This document shows, one piece after another, positions 62,465 to 64,000 of a stretch of 64,000 bases of DNA (position 1 is the first letter of the stretch; each line of letters opens with the position of its first letter). The translations under genes were made by a program, and so were the position numbers. This stretch comes from Octopus sinensis. Lineage: Eukaryota. The stretch covers positions 31,248,001 to 31,312,000 of the forward strand of contig NC_043001.1 of assembly GCF_006345805.1 (NCBI RefSeq), written 5' to 3'. Below the pieces are notes generated by a model that worked only from the letters and a program-made list of their open reading frames with translations, ran no database searches and was not told the DNA's origin.

Positions 62465-62750
62465 CATGGCCACAGCTCGTGAGCTGAAACTAGAATCAAT
62501 CAATCAATCATATGTATGTGTGTTTGTTTGTGTGTCTGTGTTTGTCCCCCTAGCATTGCTTGACAACCGATGCTGGTGAGTTTATGTCTCCGTTACTTAG
62601 CGGTTCGGCAAAAGAGACCGATAGAATAAGTACTGGGCTTACAAAAATAATAAGTCCCGGGGTCGAGTTGCTCGACTAAAGGCGGTGCTCCAGCATGGCC
62701 GCAGTGAAATGACTGAAACAAGTAAAAGAGAAAGAGTAAAAAGAGTAAAA
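62261..62750 (+). mobile_element. Full-length microsatellite SINE with a nested short retroposon tail at ~62461-62510
   Basis: Head ggcgcaagagtggctgtgtgg. The inserted cagcatggccacagctcgtgagctgaaactag(aatc)n sits inside the (TA)n. The tail is (gtaaaaga)n. Confidence 0.88.
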
Positions 62751-62919
62751 GCTTCGTGACTTCCCGAGTTTATTTACTCGCTTCACGAGAGGTCGTCTTC
62801 GCGGTCGCTTAGCCTGCTAGATGTAGCAGCTAAATCTCTTCTCAAGTCAAACAGCAAAATGAAGGTAGACGGAGACACCTTGCAGTGCTTGATATTTAAT
62901 AAATGAATAAATATGCTTT

Positions 62920-63313
62920 TCTACAGTAGGCAAAAGGGCCCGAAATTTTTGGGGAGTGAAGGCAATCGATTAGATTGACCCTAGTACATAACTGGTACTT
63001 AATTTATCGACCCCGAAAGGATGACAGGCAAAGTCGACCTCTGCGGAATTTGAACTCAGAACGTAACGGCAGACGAAATACCTATTTTTTACTACCCACA
63101 AGGGGCTAAACACAGAGAAGACAAACAAGGACAGAGAAACGGATTAAGTCGATTATATCGACCCCAGCGCATAACTGGTACTTATTTAATCGACCCCCGA
63201 AAGGATGAAAGGCAAAGTCGACCTCGGCGGAATTTGAACTCGGAACGTAACGGCAGACGAAATGCCGTTAAGCATTTCGCCCGGTGTGCTAATGTTTCTG
63301 CCAACTCGCCGCC
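62920..63313 (-). mobile_element. Dimeric SINE (11713 family)
   Basis: Two body units plus head ...gccaactcgccgcc. Confidence 0.85.
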
Positions 63314-63535
63314 GTAATAAACGAATAAATATATAAACATGATGTTCACGGTCGGAACGTCTTTCTCCATGAATCGGTCTTCCCGGCTATACCTGACCAA
63401 GGCTAAAGATCAAAATATTTTTCGTGGAGCCAACGAAGATCACTCGACCAGTTAAAAATAGCAACCAAATCTCCCACAGATCTTCATTATACCATCTTAA
63501 TAGAAGGGATGCACGTTGGACAATATAATCACAGA

Positions 63536-63643
63536 TATAGAAAGAAAGAAGGCAAAAAAGGAGAGAAAGAAAGAAAGAAAGAAGGCAAAAAAGGAGAGAA
63601 AGAAAGAAAGAAAGAAGAAAGAAAGAAAGAAAGAAGGCAAAAG

Positions 63644-63674
<31 letters not shown>

Positions 63675-63920
63675 CGGCAAAAAGAGAGAAAGAAAGAAAG
63701 AAAGAAGGCAAAAAGAGAGAAAGAAAGAAAGAAAGAAGGCAAAAAGAAAGAAGGAAATAGGAAGGAAGGAAGGCAAAAAAGAAGGAAAGAAAGAAGGAAG
63801 GAAGGAATGCAAGAAAGAAGGAAAGAAGGAAGGAAGGAAGGAAGGAAAGAAGGAAAGAAAGAAAGAAAAAAGGAAGGAAAGAAAGAAAGAAGGAAGGAAA
63901 GAAGGAAAGAAGGAAAGAGA
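63536..63920. repeat. ~385-bp polypurine (GAAA)n/(GGAA)n tract with higher-order units
   Basis: The + strand is almost purely A/G, with recurring gaaagaaagaaggcaaaa(a)gagagaaa units. Confidence 0.95.
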
Positions 63921-64000
63921 TGGGATGAGCACAGCTGGAATATATAATAAAGTCTGTCTTGTCTGCTCCAACGGGGCTGACCTTAAGGACAAACAAACCG

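Noticed and set aside
63387-63996. Lys/Arg/Glu-rich and Phe/Leu/Ser-rich ORFs of 143-201 aa
   Set aside because: These are read-through of the (GAAA)n tract on both strands.

Overview
This is a repeat-saturated, gene-poor animal genomic window, almost certainly from an octopus (coleoid cephalopod), judged from its tRNA-headed SINE families and very dense (TA)n/(CA)n/(GATA)n microsatellites. I can support no host protein-coding exon, and most ORFs in the supplied track are microsatellite or SINE read-through. Retroelement content is a 5'-truncated CR1-like LINE (APE endonuclease + RT), RTE fragments, a gag-like CCHC remnant and at least five SINE families. DNA transposon content is a hAT transposase remnant, a DD41D (rosa/Visitor-type) Tc1/mariner deletion derivative and several MITE families with clean TSDs (hAT, Merlin-like, Tigger-like, piggyBac-like, foldback). 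Three near-identical local duplications may be assembly artefacts. The most interesting signals are (1) a full-length SRP/7SL RNA copy fused to a retroposon 3' stem-loop tail (58744-59042, minus strand) and (2) a set of minimal type I hammerhead ribozyme motifs typical of Penelope-like elements, including an inverted pair on opposite strands at 30684-30831. Everything was read by eye, so SINE and LINE boundaries are approximate.
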